Shown piece after piece: positions 24,253-38,100 of a stretch of 59,844 bases of DNA. A program made the position numbers and the translations under genes. Positions within the stretch are counted from its first letter, which is position 1. Each line of letters starts with the position of its first letter. The notes beneath the pieces were generated by a model. That model was not told where the DNA came from, searched no databases, and saw nothing but the letters and a program-made list of their open reading frames with translations. Origin of the DNA: Halocafeteria seosinensis (Eukaryota); the NCBI GenBank assembly GCA_001687465.1, contig LVLI01000324.1, positions 1 through 59,844 of the forward strand. The letters run 5' to 3'.

Positions 24253-25594
24253 TTAAGATGGCGTCCCACTCGAAAGGCCAACATCTGTGTACGTTTCTTC
24301 TGCAGATTCATAGGCAAAAGGGCTTTCTAAACTATCATAATAGGGATCCTTCTTCTGCGCACCACTCCATGGACGAGGGGGTCCCATGGCTATCTGCATG
24401 TTCTGAATCCGCGATATCTGCTCGCGTAGTCTTGTTCCGAACTCGTGATAGCACTCCCAGGCACAGAACAGGAGCAGAGATCGCGCCAGAATGAAAATAC
24501 TTCCGGAGACACAAAATTGCGGATATGTCACGTGTCGTGGGAGGAGTGCCGAATTTTCATATAGATTGTATAAGCGATAACCAATATAGGCAGGTTGCAC
24601 CACTGCAAGTGTGCAGTATATAACGACGAGGGCTTTGTTTTCTCTGTTGATGGCATTCCAGGCCACGATGGCCATTACGACCTGGAGTATTGCTGCAACG
24701 CATCCCACGATGAACTCTGTGGAGGTGACCTTCTCAACGAAGAAGGCAGCCAAAATAAGCAAAAACAAAAACGCGCAAAAATCTATCGCCAGACTTGAAT
24801 TAAAAGCTTGAAATTTCACATAAACTCTTTGGAGAGTACTGGAAGCTCCAACCAAATGAAAAGCAACAAACCCGAAGTGTGAGTAGACCTGTATTGAGCA
24901 GAAAATCTCGAATCAAACTTAGCATTTTCCATTGAAGTAAAAGTCTCAATACTTACCAGAGGCATCAAAATGATGTAACCCACCTGGAAAACAGCCTTTC
25001 CTATAAATGCAACCAGTCTGATGTGATGCCACGCTTCTCCTGCGCAACAGTTTGTACCCATGTTCCGAGCTTGGCGGCCTGGCAACATTGCCACAGGCAT
25101 ACATACCTAAATCATTCGGTTGATGAAACGACTCAAAGGCGATGAATATTGTGTATAAAACCGATACCACATTTGCGGCAATGAATTGGAACTTATTTTC
25201 ATTCCACACCGAATCGATGACAAAGTAAAAGTAGCATAGCACTGCGTAGATGGAGAGTCCGGCGTACAAGGACGTCGTCTTGCTTGTGTGAACACTGATC
25301 AAGTAAAGGGATAGAGCAAGCAGGAATAATGACTCCAATGCACTGCAATGAGGTATATACCGCCTTCAAGGGATAAGCACAAGACAGGGTTGAGCTCATG
25401 TCACATGACTCATACCTGCATGCAACATATATCTTCGCTACTGTCGGCATCAGAACTTGCTGCCTGATTTGATGCCTTCCCTGACGTGAGCAGCATGCGA
25501 ACAGCCAATGACGGTCCCATCGTACAGGGAGAAATTCCTGCGCAGCTGGATCATCGAACTCGAATTGAGGTTGCGCCCGTGGAAGATCCTCCAT
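24253..25594 (-). CDS. Multipass membrane protein with internally duplicated [AS]x.ENK motif (UPF0658-like), multi-exon
   Basis: ATG 25594 (MEDLPRAQ...). About 7-8 hydrophobic segments across exons; VIDSVWNENKFQF and AWNAINRENKALV repeat. Family assignment is from memory. Confidence 0.65.
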
Positions 25595-26040
25595 TGTGGT
25601 GTCCTATCGTTCTCCCAAAGTAGCTTCTTATGTGCACCGGAGGTACTCATTCATCATACGTCCATGAAAGTTTAATTTCATAACATGTCGTACATGTGGC
25701 ATCTGACGTTGGCTGACAATCCACTCAACTCTGCCCAATAATCCGGCAGATGGGACTGCAAGTTGGCTGCACTTAGTGCGTCTTAGTTGCAACCCAAGCA
25801 TGTATGACTTTGACTGCCTCTAAACGAAAGATGCACAGTTTATAACTAGAAATATCAAAGTACATAAACATATATGGTGTTCATTGTGCTATCGCTTGAT
25901 TGGCCACATTGCTGCCATAAATCAACCGCCCCATCAAAAAATTGGTAACACGCAATGTATCATCAACGTGTAAAGTTTGCTAAGTCACTGTTAACCACGG
26001 CTAGAACAGAAGCTACGTCTAATTATGCTCGTTCTTGATT

Positions 26041-26817
26041 TTACTTAGGAGCGAGCGCTTGCATAAACGAATGTGCTACAGTTCTACAACGAGCATTCAC
26101 TGAAATCTTGATTGAGCTCAACTCCTTATCAACTTCCTCCATGAACGAAATCACAAAGTCTATCAACTTGTGTTTCCACATCTTCTCCAAATGTTCGTGT
26201 ATAATCAAAAACGATATATCATAGCCCTGGGATAGGAAAAAAGATCACTGCTTTACGTCTGCTTGTATGGAAAGCTTTACCATTTTGGCCTTACCTGAAT
26301 AGGCTTTCTGCGCATTACGGCAAATTTTTCCGCTCTCTGCATCATAAAGCTAGCGAATCGCCTCGCAATAATCCTCTCCATATGATCAGATTGCTTGATT
26401 TTAATATTTATGCGGACACTGTTGATGCTGGGTTCTATTAAAACCTTCTCTTTCTCGTTTCGAGCCACCGTCAAGGGGTTCAACAAAACAGTTTTGGAGC
26501 TCCTGCGGTCGAAAAGCGCGAAATAAGAACACATGAGAGAATAGCCAGTTACTGCTACGTACGGCATCTCTATTTCTGGCTTATTGTGCCTCTCTACAGC
26601 CTGTGAGGCGAAGTTGCGAAGGCACATGGCCGCCTCTAGCGTGCTCCGAACAGCATCTAGATAGGGTTTAAGCGTATTCGACTGCGAACAAGGCATACAA
26701 AAAACACCTCGTGAGTGTTGGGAAACGAACGAAAACGCAGAATCGATTACCATGAACAAGATGTTCAGCAAGAGACCCTTTAAACAGATCTGGGGGAGAG
26801 ACATCATATCTTACCAT
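26041..26817 (-). CDS. ARPC4: Arp2/3 complex subunit 4 (p20-Arc)
   Basis: ATG-only first coding exon (26817-26815, then gtaaga); [66 protein letters not shown]. Confidence 0.97.
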
Positions 26818-27845
26818 CTTCCTCTAGGTACGCTGCTACTGTGGATTGCTATTGTGTCGCATAAAGGCCAATAACATAGGCAGAAATTTCTATATCCTAG
26901 AATAACAACAGTTCCCAACCCAATAGCCATGCAATTTCACTGGTGTGGTATGCAAGAAATCCCCAGCATCAACCGGTGCGGAAACCGAGAGGCGGAAGCT
27001 ACTTCAAGGCGAAGTGGAATCCAGATTCTAGGCTACGGTACTATAACTTGTAGTCCATTGAAACGAAAGCATTGTCCCCTGGGAAAAAATGATAAAGAAT
27101 AAAAACACAAATAATGACAAAGTGTCAGATATCCCAAGTCTTGTGAGGTTGAGGGCGAAGGTACTGTCGGGCTACCACACACTGGACCAACTGCTTGGGC
27201 TTCCTGGCTCTTATGCAAGATTTGAGCAGATATATCCAATTCTTTCCGGATACCAACAGTATCTTGATGGATATTATCCGAATCATCTGTTGCTCTATGT
27301 GATGCTAAGGGTTTGTACGACGTTCTGTGGATCTCCTGCGCCGCCACAGAGTCTATCGACGACGAAAACGTGATTAGAGCCGTATCCCCGCTCAAGTATA
27401 GTCAATCCATTTTCGTTTCGGTAGTACTTCACTTAGCTGAATGAATGAACATCCTATTGCTTTCCGTATGGCAACGTGTTGTACACCTGCAGCAGGCTGC
27501 AGCCTGCACCTCACTTCCGAAGTCCGGCGCGCGGGCGGGGTTCAAGTGTCCGTTTACAAAAGCAGACCAGTGGTTTGCCTACGATTGTAGCAAAACCAAT
27601 TAACCCTACTTTTCTGACCCTGAGTGGCGCGTAACGCAATCAATCAGTGCTGGTGTCGTCACTTCTCACTTGCGCTTACTTCTCAAACTATAGCAGCAGT
27701 ACAATACAGCACAAGGGCACCAATAAACGCGCAAGTCACTCCGTTGGCTCAATGTGTCTTCTATTTATGTAGTCTTCAAGCTACGAGGCGTATCATTCCA
27801 GCATCATACAGAGGATTGACCATTTAAAGAGCTCCTAACCCTAAG

Positions 27846-30800
27846 ATGAGCAACCGGCCACAACATCGAGAGCCATACCTCTCTAACATCCGTCAGTCCC
27901 CTGGGAATGGCACAGGACATGCGCATAAAGAAAACTACAACTATGGCGAAACAGTGCCAGAGTTGAAACAGGTAAGTAACATCGTACGGAAACACTAGAA
28001 CGTCCCCGATCATGTCTCTCAAACTCCTCCAGGCTGTAGCAGCACTTTCACGAGAGAATAAGGCTCTCAAAGCCGAGATTGGGGAGCTTCAAAAATCAAG
28101 AAATGCTAATTCCTACAATGACGAACTTTATAGAAGAGAATTGGACAGCCGAGTGAAAGAGATTGAGGCAGACATGGTGGAGAAATTCCGTGAAGGAGAG
28201 AGACGGGCAGCTCAGTCTCATGAAAGTGAGCTCAACCGCGAACGAGAAGCGCACAGGCAAGAAGTTGAAAACTTGCATCGCAAATGTGAACACTATCGAC
28301 GACAAGTTAAGCATCTAGAGCATCTAAGGAAAAAAGAACGTTCGAAATTTCAATTTAGTCAAAGTGAAGATACGCAATCAATGAAAGAAAAACTCGCAGA
28401 GCTTCGAGAGTTACAGAAAGACGAGTTCACTATCACCCAACAGGAATTGGAACAAGCACTTGTCGGTATTCAAAATAAGTATGAAGATGATATGGCAGCG
28501 TATGCAAAGAAGTTAGATGAGGAAGCGAAAGAGCACTCGAATGAGTTTAAGTCCCTTAACGAGAAGCATATGACTGAACTGACGGAGTTAGCGCAATATT
28601 ACGAAGAACAGATCCAAACAATAAAAAAGCGGATGCAATCTCTCCAGGAGAAGATGTTGACACTTGATTCAGTAGATTCCTCCCAAGCGGCAGCCTTTCG
28701 GGAAATGACGAAGGCAAAAGCAAAGCTAGAGAAATCAAAGCACGTTCTTACAACCTTGTGGGACAGTTTACCTCAAGACATGAACACCAAGCTTTCTCCG
28801 GTGTGCAGAGACGTTACATCTTCATTGGACGCGTTCCAGGACTCTTGTAATATTGTCTTGTCGACGTGGCATCTACAGCTACAAGCAAGACTTCGACAGA
28901 ACACTTTAGAAAGTGAATGGAACAGGAAGAGACAATTAGGAGACCTAGAGAAGAAACATTCAGAGGAACTTCAGCAACAAAGAGAGAAACAAGAAAACCA
29001 TTGGGCTAAGATAAGATCCTATGTGGAAAATCTCAATTTGGATAACGACAGCGCAAGCACCATTAAGGATCTAGTGCATGGTTTCGGTATGGAAAGAGAA
29101 AAATTGTTGCTGGATCAAAAGGACTGTTTTACAAAATACTCGATACTGTGTGAAGATCTGTTGTCAACAAAAGAGTCATTGATTATTCAAGAACAAGATT
29201 TAACAGACCAGGTACTTCTGGATACAGCAGAAAAAGCGAAGAAAATCAACGATAAATCCGCTGAATCCCAATTCTCGTCATTCGGAGATCTCTCAGAAAC
29301 TTTGAGAAGTATCGGACTTTTGCAGTCAAACTTAATGTCTGTGAAGTCTAGTATTCACGCCTTTGATGAAAAAAGAGCACTCAAATATACCAAGAAGGAG
29401 GCATCTGTAAGATCAGAAGCTATAGCCAGTGGGGCCAGGATGGTGGCCTCAGTTATTGAGCGTATTACTGCAACGTGGAATACTGCCAGAAATGATCCAG
29501 AAAGCAACTATTCTACGGAAGCGGAAACTGCGATGAAGAATTTGATTGTATCAATGGAACACGGTGTTGCGGAAGTTATTCAGTCGCTGGATCTGGAGCG
29601 CCCGGCAAAGGATTCATTGGCTGCTATTTCCAAGCAACTTGAAATGGAAGCAAAAAAAGCTGAGGCAGCGTACGCTTCTTTCTACAACAGTCAGATAGAG
29701 AGCTTGAGAACAGAAAATGAATCCTTAAAGGAAGAATCACAATACCTTCACGAGCTTCTAGCTCTTCAGAACGAGACATACAAGGTACTCCTAAGGACCT
29801 TTCCTCCGGTGGAGATGGTGACATGCCTTACTTCGGGTTCTGAAGAGCAGGATGGAGAAAAGCTGTTGTTTATGCAATCGAAAAAGAAAGTCTTCTGCGA
29901 CACGATTGTGGACGAAGTCTTACATCGGGCAAAAGCTTCCCTTTCAGGCTCGAGAGTAGATGCGGTACAGTCGATGCGTTCGCTTATGGATCAGAGGGTT
30001 GCCATGGAGAGGAGGAGCGTGTTCTACTTGCTACAGGAGGACTTGCAAAGTAGCTCCAGCGCCTCTGTAAATAAAGTTGCAAAGTTGCAGAAAGAGGTTC
30101 AGCAACTTCGTTCAGAACTCGCAAACGAGAAAGCTGCTGCTACTAGAAAGATCAACAGTTTGATGAAAGAGAATCACGCAGAAAGAGTTGCGGCAGAGGA
30201 GTGCAGACAGGACACGGAAAAATCACTGAAGAAAAAGTTGGAAGCTGAAATTTCTGCGAAGGAATCGGAAATGAAAAGCGAGTATGAAGAAAAACTCTAT
30301 AAACAGCTGCAAAACATGCGTCATCTTCAGACTGAAGTGGATGATCTCCAGAAAGAACTAAAAACGCAGCGGGACCAGTCTGAAAAAGAGAAGGCTGATT
30401 TTCAAGAGCGTCTTTCTGGCGCCCAGGCCAAGGAGGAGAAAGCTGTGACGGAGAAAGAGAGATTGCAGGGTGTAGTCAACACTCTCGAGCAAAAGCTAAA
30501 AGAAGAGAACGAAAGGATTGAGCGCTTGTCTAAGCAAATGCAAGAAATTTCGGAAGGGGCAACGCAACGCGAAGAGGGATTGCAAAAGCACATAGAGAGC
30601 TTAGTGAACGGTGGAAAGAAACTGCGGACCTCCACTCTGGAAGCCCTACAGGAGGCTAAAGATCGGGACAAAACCGGACGAGAGAGGCTGACAAAAGTAT
30701 GGCACGGAAAAGAAGTAGAGATATCCAGGTTAAAGGGTATAGTGTCGTCTCTGAGAACTCAATTACAAGCTGTCACTCGAAAAGAAGCGCTGGCTCGAAT

Positions 30801-31365
30801 GCAACTGGAGGAGAAGACTAAAGAAGAAGCACGGTATCAGACACTACTGCAAACAGCTAACGCCAAGTCTGAGTCACTGCTACGCACATTGGAAGCGCAC
30901 CGAGACATCATGAGGGAGCTCATCGGTAAGTTGAACAGATGGCAATGAATTCTTCGTAGTGGTAATTAACGGTTCGTGCGTCTTGCAGAGGAGGTAAACT
31001 CATCGGTGGATATTTCGACACTTCGCGACGCCGTGCTTTCCGCTCATCAAAAGGTGAAGTCCGAAGGGACGCTTTTCTGTTCTTCTCCTCGAAAGTCTCA
31101 AGTGGATACGGCTACTTCCACTGTTAATGAATCGGCTTCTTCAACGACTGTTAGCACGACACACGTTGACTGCACTGGAGTTCATGGATCCCCTAGATCC
31201 GAGTCTCAGAGCGTGCGTGAGAAGATACAATTCTCGAGCAGAAGTTCTTCCAATATGCGTTCACGAAGCTCGAATCGCAGCCATTCTGGATCTACCGCGA
31301 GGAGTAAAAGCCCTCGGACAGCTCGGGAATATTTGTTGCAGCATCAACTAAAGTACAATCAGTAA
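27846..31365 (+). CDS. Long coiled-coil protein, 3 exons, function unknown
   Basis: ATG 27846; intron 27972-28032 joins to the 978-aa E/K/Q-rich heptad ORF; second intron near 30926-30988 leads to a Ser-rich tail. Confidence 0.8.
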
Positions 31366-31542
31366 ACTATTGTCTCATTGTGAAAGTAATATGTAATTCA
31401 ATTTGAATTGGTAAGCTTTTCCTTAAGTTCTGCTATGAGAAACGTAATATATGAGACAGTAACTATAAAGTACCAGCTGCAAGTGCAGCGAACATACATA
31501 CACAGCTTGTACATAACGTTGTGAATCAGTTCGCCTGCAACC

Positions 31543-33503
31543 ATGACCTTGGCGGATTTAATCCCACAATGGGTATACGACCAAGCAAACGCCATTCTGG
31601 AGCAGTGGATCTATCCGTACCTAGGATACATTAAACTGGCCTTGTTCGTGCTCTTTGAGTTGGCTGTGATATCCTTCATAGCGTTCTGGGCGACGGCGGT
31701 CTTCTACTTGTTGGTGTACTGGCTCATGGTGCCGACGCCGTATCACACCTACACGCTCTATTTCAATTACACGGAGGCGAATTTGGCAAAAATGGCCTCA
31801 CCTCAAAGTGGTGTAGGTCCATCCTTGTTTGGTGCAGGCGGTAGTGGAGGAGGAAGTGATTATCAATCGGTATTACTTACGCATCATCTCGACTCGCTAC
31901 ATCGATCTCGGGAGAGGCTTACGGACTCGCAGGTGTTTCATTCGAATTTTGCGCAGCTGCAGCGGCAGCAGCGTAGCTCTTTTGAGAAGCTTCATGGTGA
32001 TATGGAGAAACAGATTGGGGAGGTGTCCCGGAATTTGCATGAATCGCTGGATGCACGGTTGGAGCCATTAGCGCAGCAGATGCAAGGGATGTCCTCCAAA
32101 TTGGAAAGATTGTTGGAGGAGATGCGTGAACAACGGGAGCCAAAAGAAAAAGACGAAGCCCCGGATATGAAGCAGTGGGCACGAGAGGACAAAGATGACC
32201 GGGAACGCGACAAAGAAAGAAAGAATTGGGGAGCTCCTTCACCACCACCACCCCCGTCTTCTCGCCGACAAGCACCTGACACTTCCGATCGTAAACATGC
32301 AGCAGAAACACTACAAGAAATCGAGGTGCATCCGGATCCCGAAGATGATATCTTGCACGATGCCAGATTTAGCAGTGCCTCAGAAGCTAGAAATGATGAA
32401 ACGGGTGAAGGTAAGTACTCTAGAAATATATTGAATTGCCGGTACTATCTAGTGGTGTGCATAACAAATACACTGCAGACTCTCAACAAACGGGGGGAAA
32501 CGATGAATTACCTCTTTCAAGCGCCGACGTCGGTTCTACGGGGAGAGAAGGATCCTCCAACTGGATATATTCGATGTCAGAGAGCATGTTTGGCACTCAA
32601 GAAGCGAGGACTACACCTGAACAGAGCGACGAATACACGAAGAGCGCTGAGAGAGAATTGAAAATATTTGAACGATCGCTTGAAACCATGGAAGCAGTAA
32701 GATATCGAGCATCAAGAAAACAGTTGCCATCCGACACTGTGCGCATTCGCTCTTCTAGGGATGGTTGGAAGCCTGTCAACGAGAAAGAAGCCAGTCTGTT
32801 CGAACAGGGAGAGGTATCCCGGTACGTTTGAGACAATTCTTATACAATATGCCGGCGTTGAACTAACATGGTCTTGATGTTTTCTCCATTTCCAGAATTC
32901 TTTCTCGTGGGCAAGCGTATGAAGTCAATATAGCAATGTCTCTGCCGTTATCCAGGAAAAACAGGGATGTTGGTATGTCTCGCTGACTCCGGTAAAATTG
33001 TCCAAATATAAATTCCATGTTTGCTCCGAAATGCAGGTAATTTCATGCTCTTGACGGAACTGATAGCGCCGAACGACGAAACCCTTGCTGTATGCGAGCG
33101 TCCTCTCAGCATCCCTTTCGAGCCTGCTTTCGTTCATGCTCTCCGCACCGTGGTGTTCGCCCCTATGTATATGTTTGGTTGGTGGGAAGAAACGGTAAAT
33201 CTACGCACTACATGTTTCAAAGGATACACAGAAAGGTTTGCTCAGCCAGTTGCAGCAATCAGAGCTACGCTTTCCTCATCTAACGTTGATGTGACATCAG
33301 CCAATTTGGAAATTAGAGCACAACTTTCCGGAATTTCCTATTTGTTACATGAGTGGTTTTTTACATCAATGATTGGATTTTTTGTCATTTTCGTTCCGAT
33401 GACTGTTATTCTCTTGCTAGGCTTATTGCTATTCTTTATTGGCTTCGAGAACTTGGTTCCCCACCAGAGCTTTTTGGCGCCTGCTACTGCTGCGGATAAC
33501 TAG
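31543..33503 (+). CDS. BSCL2: Seipin (lipid-droplet assembly protein) with large luminal insertion
   Basis: TM1 then WLMVPTPYHTYTLYFNY; spliced RILSRGQAYEVNIAMSLPLSRKNRDVG-NFML (cf. seipin [24 protein letters not shown]); hydrophobic helix VFAPMYMFGW; ANLEIRAQLSGISYLLHEW; TM2. Introns 32411-32478, 32822-32895 and one near 32973-33036. Confidence 0.88.
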
Positions 33504-33565
33504 ACAGTATCCAGATGAAACGTCCTGTTGTATTGCATACATGAACCAGAACGTTGCAAGAGTTG

Positions 33566-34931
33566 TCAATTTCTTCGGGCTTCAAGCCACCCGACGATTT
33601 TACCCAAAGCGTGTTCAGCCTGTGTGTCGTTGAGTACTTCATGATAGCCTCCGTCGATGATGCTGCGCGTTAAGAAGAAAGTAGCCATGCAACAACGTCT
33701 TGAAATACGGGTTTGAAACCCAGCTTACTTCTTTGTCTTATCTGTAGAGCCAATGTTTTCGTACAGGTGATGAGCTGCGTCAACCGTCACAAGGACGTCC
33801 TGTTCTCCGTGAATCACATACAGCGGCAATTTGATCTCTGGAAGGCGCGCTGTGAGCCGTTTTGTTGCATTGATTGTCTCATTTCCCCATCGGGCAGTAA
33901 TGGGTCCGCGCGCAACGAGAGGATCTCGTCGGTATTGCTCAACAACAACCGGGTTTCGCGAGACCTGGCGAGTAAGTTGCAAAGTTTTGGAGGTCGACGT
34001 GGAATGATGTCATACGGAGTCTATACGATCCTTAACAAGTCCATACCTGATCTGAGAGATTTTGAACCGGTAATCTTGGTAAAGTTGATGACAACATGCT
34101 ACTGAAGAACTGCATGGTGGGAGATGCCATGTCGTCGCTGATCTTTACAGCTGTGGAGCCAGATGAAGGGCGCACAGTTACAAGTCCAGGATAGCAAACG
34201 GAGCAAATGTAATGTTATTCATACCTGGTCCAGTGCAAGCGAATCCCTTGAACTGGGATTGATCCATCTCAAGTAATGCTGAAAGCGACACCAAAGATCC
34301 GAAGGAGTGTGCGTAGATAAACGTCGGTAGATTCCGCGTTCGGTATGAGGGTGTTACTTCCCCAATTAGTTGTTTGCAATCTTCGACGTAGTGCTGCACG
34401 CAGAATTGCATCAATCAAATGGCTGCACTTAACTTGTAACTTGTATTAGAAAAAACTAGAAGGGTTACATACCTGGAAATCAGAAACGTATCCTCGATCC
34501 CCTTCACTCTTACCGTGGCCCACCATGTCCATCGAGAAGACAGTGTACCCTTCTCGATTCAATCGTTCAATCACGTGGCGGTATCGTCCATGATATTCCT
34601 TGTACCCGTGGAAAAGATACAAGTACGCTTTTTCCTCCCCCATGGCCCTGTACACGGCGTAGTGAATAAGTAATCCATGGGCTTTGCTCCTGAAGCTCAG
34701 TTTATCCAGCTGATTGGGGGTAGTTTCAAGCGACGATGCTGCATGTCATGCCGGTAGAGAGAGAGAGAGAAAACATGAGTAAGCAAAATTAGCTGTTTGA
34801 TCGGCAGAAGGAAAGCACATACGAAAGGGACGAGTAGAATAACGAGAGCGTAGAAGACGCAACACCCAGGTGATAATCTTCCACCACCCAATCGCGGCCG
34901 AGCCATACATTACAGCTTGGAGGAGCGACAT
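33566..34931 (-). CDS. Monoacylglycerol lipase/lysophospholipase-like alpha/beta hydrolase, multi-exon
   Basis: LFHGYKEY, DMVGHGKSEG, nucleophile elbow AHSFG, HGEQD, GYHEVLND; N-terminal hydrophobic anchor. Confidence 0.9.
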
Positions 34932-35138
34932 CGTGAGATAACATCAATTAAAAGAAAATGAACAAACAGAACAAACATGGATGTGCCATTCAATTTAGAG
35001 TCAATCCCAGACCACTAACTATTTTACTGTTCAAGTTGATTCCACTACAGGTGCTATGGACCTTGAAAACGGTGACGTATAATACCTCATACTATACGAC
35101 GCCGTAACCGAGGTGAACTTTTCTTGCCCATTCATCCC

Positions 35139-38100
35139 TTAGTGCCCATTGGTCGAGGTTAAGCCGTTGGTGTCTTTGTACCCATTCTGCTCCGTGGTAG
35201 CGCAAGTGCCGTTCATGGCTGAAGTGTGCTTGTCTTCCGCACTTTGAGCCTTTGTTTGATGGTGGGATTGTTGTTGCGTTGGTTTCTTCTTTTCCCCTGC
35301 GATACCACGATCATTGGCGTCACTAAGAGCCATAAGGGGGCGCATTGCCGCCGCTAACGAGTTGAAGAGTTGAGGGACTTTGTGTTCTTGGGTGGCCAAG
35401 AGATCCTTGACTCTCTCCCGTTCCGTGGGAGCATTAAAACATGCGGGACAGTTGTCAGTAATTACTGGAAGTCCTGCTTCTTCGGCAAAAGCGGCTAAGT
35501 CCCTTTCGCGAATATTTACCATTGGGCGAGTAATCTTTATATCGCCATCTCTGCAAGGATTGACTTGACACATGTTGCACAACTACCGGCGAACACTCAA
35601 TCCGAATACATACTGGTTCATATAACTAGCTTTCATAGTTCGAAGGACTCCGTTGTAAAACGCGGACATGATGAATGACTCCGCCTGCACGGTAAGACGT
35701 CAAATAGATCAACATTGTAGAACGGCAAACGTCTTGCTTCGCTACTTACCAAATCATCCAGGTGTTGTCCTAAGGCCAGCACATTGCAATTCTCCCGCCG
35801 GCATACGCTGTACATGATTCCTCGTTTCATGCGACTACACCATGCACAGATGGAGTCGTTCGTCATATGCTTTTTAGCTGTACGGAGGAATATAGCGCAC
35901 ATATAATACAATTGAGTTCCGAACTTATGGATACCAACGTGGCAGATTCCATAAATACAAACTTACCATTTTCAATGACAGGTTGACTTTCAAAATGGTA
36001 TTTTATGCCCATTTTCTGTAAATAGTCTTTGAGGGGTGATGGGTCAAATCCTGGAGCTTGGGGGTCAACAGTCATTGCTTCGATATCAAACTTCGACTTG
36101 CTCCATTCTCGATACGCAAACAGCATGTGCAATAAACTTAATGAGTCCTTCCCTCCAGAGAGCGCCACCATTACTCTGTCACCGTTACCCATCATTCGAT
36201 ACATTCTGACCGCTTTCGTTAACGATCTCATCATCTTCTTCGGTGGTCTGTTCATCGCATAACTTCTCGGATTGCGAGGAATTTCTTTCGCCTTATTCTC
36301 TACTTGCGATAAATACGTTGCTAACGATGGCATGACCTCGTCGTTTCGCTTCATGCGCTTCGTGGACCCTTCCCCCGTAGTAAATGTCCTGCCGTACTTC
36401 CTCCCAGAAGCGGTAGATACAGTGCTACTAGGTTCTTCTTCCTGAAAGAAAGAAGGCATTCGACTGAGAGACGAGGAATGACCGGTCTCTTGATGGCTAG
36501 TATGAGAAGGTAACAGCTTAGAGTAGCTGGCGGCGTCACTAGGGGTGGACACCCTTGTCCCGCAGTCGATGGAATTGAATGAAACTGTACTTCCAGTTGA
36601 CGACGTTGGTGACGTCGTCGAAACTAAATCCGATGGCAAGAGAAACCAGCGCAATTCTTTCCCTTCATTGGATAATATGTTGCTTGTTGATTCAGAAAGA
36701 GCATTGTCGTAATACATGGAGAAAGAAGCATGATCCCCACCGTTATTGTTGCGCATACCAAATTTCCCTTCCTGAGTTCGAAGCGTTCGAAATGCGAATT
36801 CTTCTCTAAGATTTGCCAAAATAGTATTGGCTTCTAAAGCACTCTCATCGAAGCTCAGAATGGATATCCGACGCTCTGTGTCCTTTCCTCCTTTAGGTGC
36901 CATGAACGGGCTCTTGATAGATACGGCTTGTTGAGGCCATTCCATCCTCGAGTTTGAAAATCCAATCAATTGCAACCATGCTCGAGGACGCGGGTGTTGC
37001 CTGTAACCAGTGTAGTGCGGATTGCTTACATGTGGGCCAAAGAAAAGAAAAAAGGAAGGAAGAAGGACATACCTTACAGAGCGATGCTTCCATTCGCCTG
37101 TATCAGGGTACGGAACATAGAGCGGCATGAGCTCATGGCCGTGATTGGCAATCCATTCTATTGCATATAAAATATAATTGAACTCCCGTTCACTCATGTG
37201 ATACGGAAATGCAACTCTAACAAAGCCTGGTCTCAGGAGCTCTTCCTTGTGCAACAAACAGTTCTCAAGCTTTTCCGCTTCCTCATCCGTAATGCCCAAC
37301 AAACGAATAGCATACGGTCCTGCGAGTGGGAAATTTGAAGCCACAGTACACAGTCATAAATGATTTTCATCTACCAAAATCATTACATACCAGCACACAA
37401 GCATCCTCCTCGGCATTGAATTCCAAACAGATCGTTGCACAGAGTAGCAACATAATTCCAGTGTAACCTCTTGCGGTACTGCACTCCAGTGGCTTTAGAA
37501 TTTGCTGTCGATTCAAGTATCTCGAACGAAAGAATCGATAGGCAACTGCTAGAATCCGCCGCATATACATATATGTTCGGGTGAGCATTCCACCGGCGCT
37601 TCGCCGTCTTGAGCATTTCTTGCTCTCTGTGCAAGATATGTTCGTATCCCACGCCGTGGTTTTGCAGATGCAAGACGAGGCCGGTTCTTATGCAAGAGAC
37701 AATATCTGGGGTACCACCTTCCTCTCTGTCTTCATCTTTCTCGGTGTATCGAGGGGCGCCATCGGAGTGCACGAAAAAGATAGTACCTCCACCTGGATTT
37801 GATGGCTGAGGAGAAACGAGATTGTGCTTCTTCGCAATTAGCACACCCGCAGTACTAGGCCCACCAACAAACTTGTGAGGCGAAAAAAACGCCGCGTCCT
37901 TGTAGAGTATACGTTCTCGTTCCCAATCAATATAAATATTACACTCAGCTATTTTAGCATTGCTGCTATCCTCAGACTTTGCATTTTCTATTTGAATGCC
38001 GAACGGGGGAGTCTTCCGAACGGGGTTCATTATAACAGGCATATGTGGGGCCGCGGCGGCGTAATCCCAAGTTGCCAAGGCTCCATACGTATGCAGAAGG

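Noticed and set aside
25450..25650. ORF MSTSGAHKK as start of the membrane protein
   Set aside because: Terminates before a usable donor; the 25594 frame reaches the gtatga donor and splices in frame.
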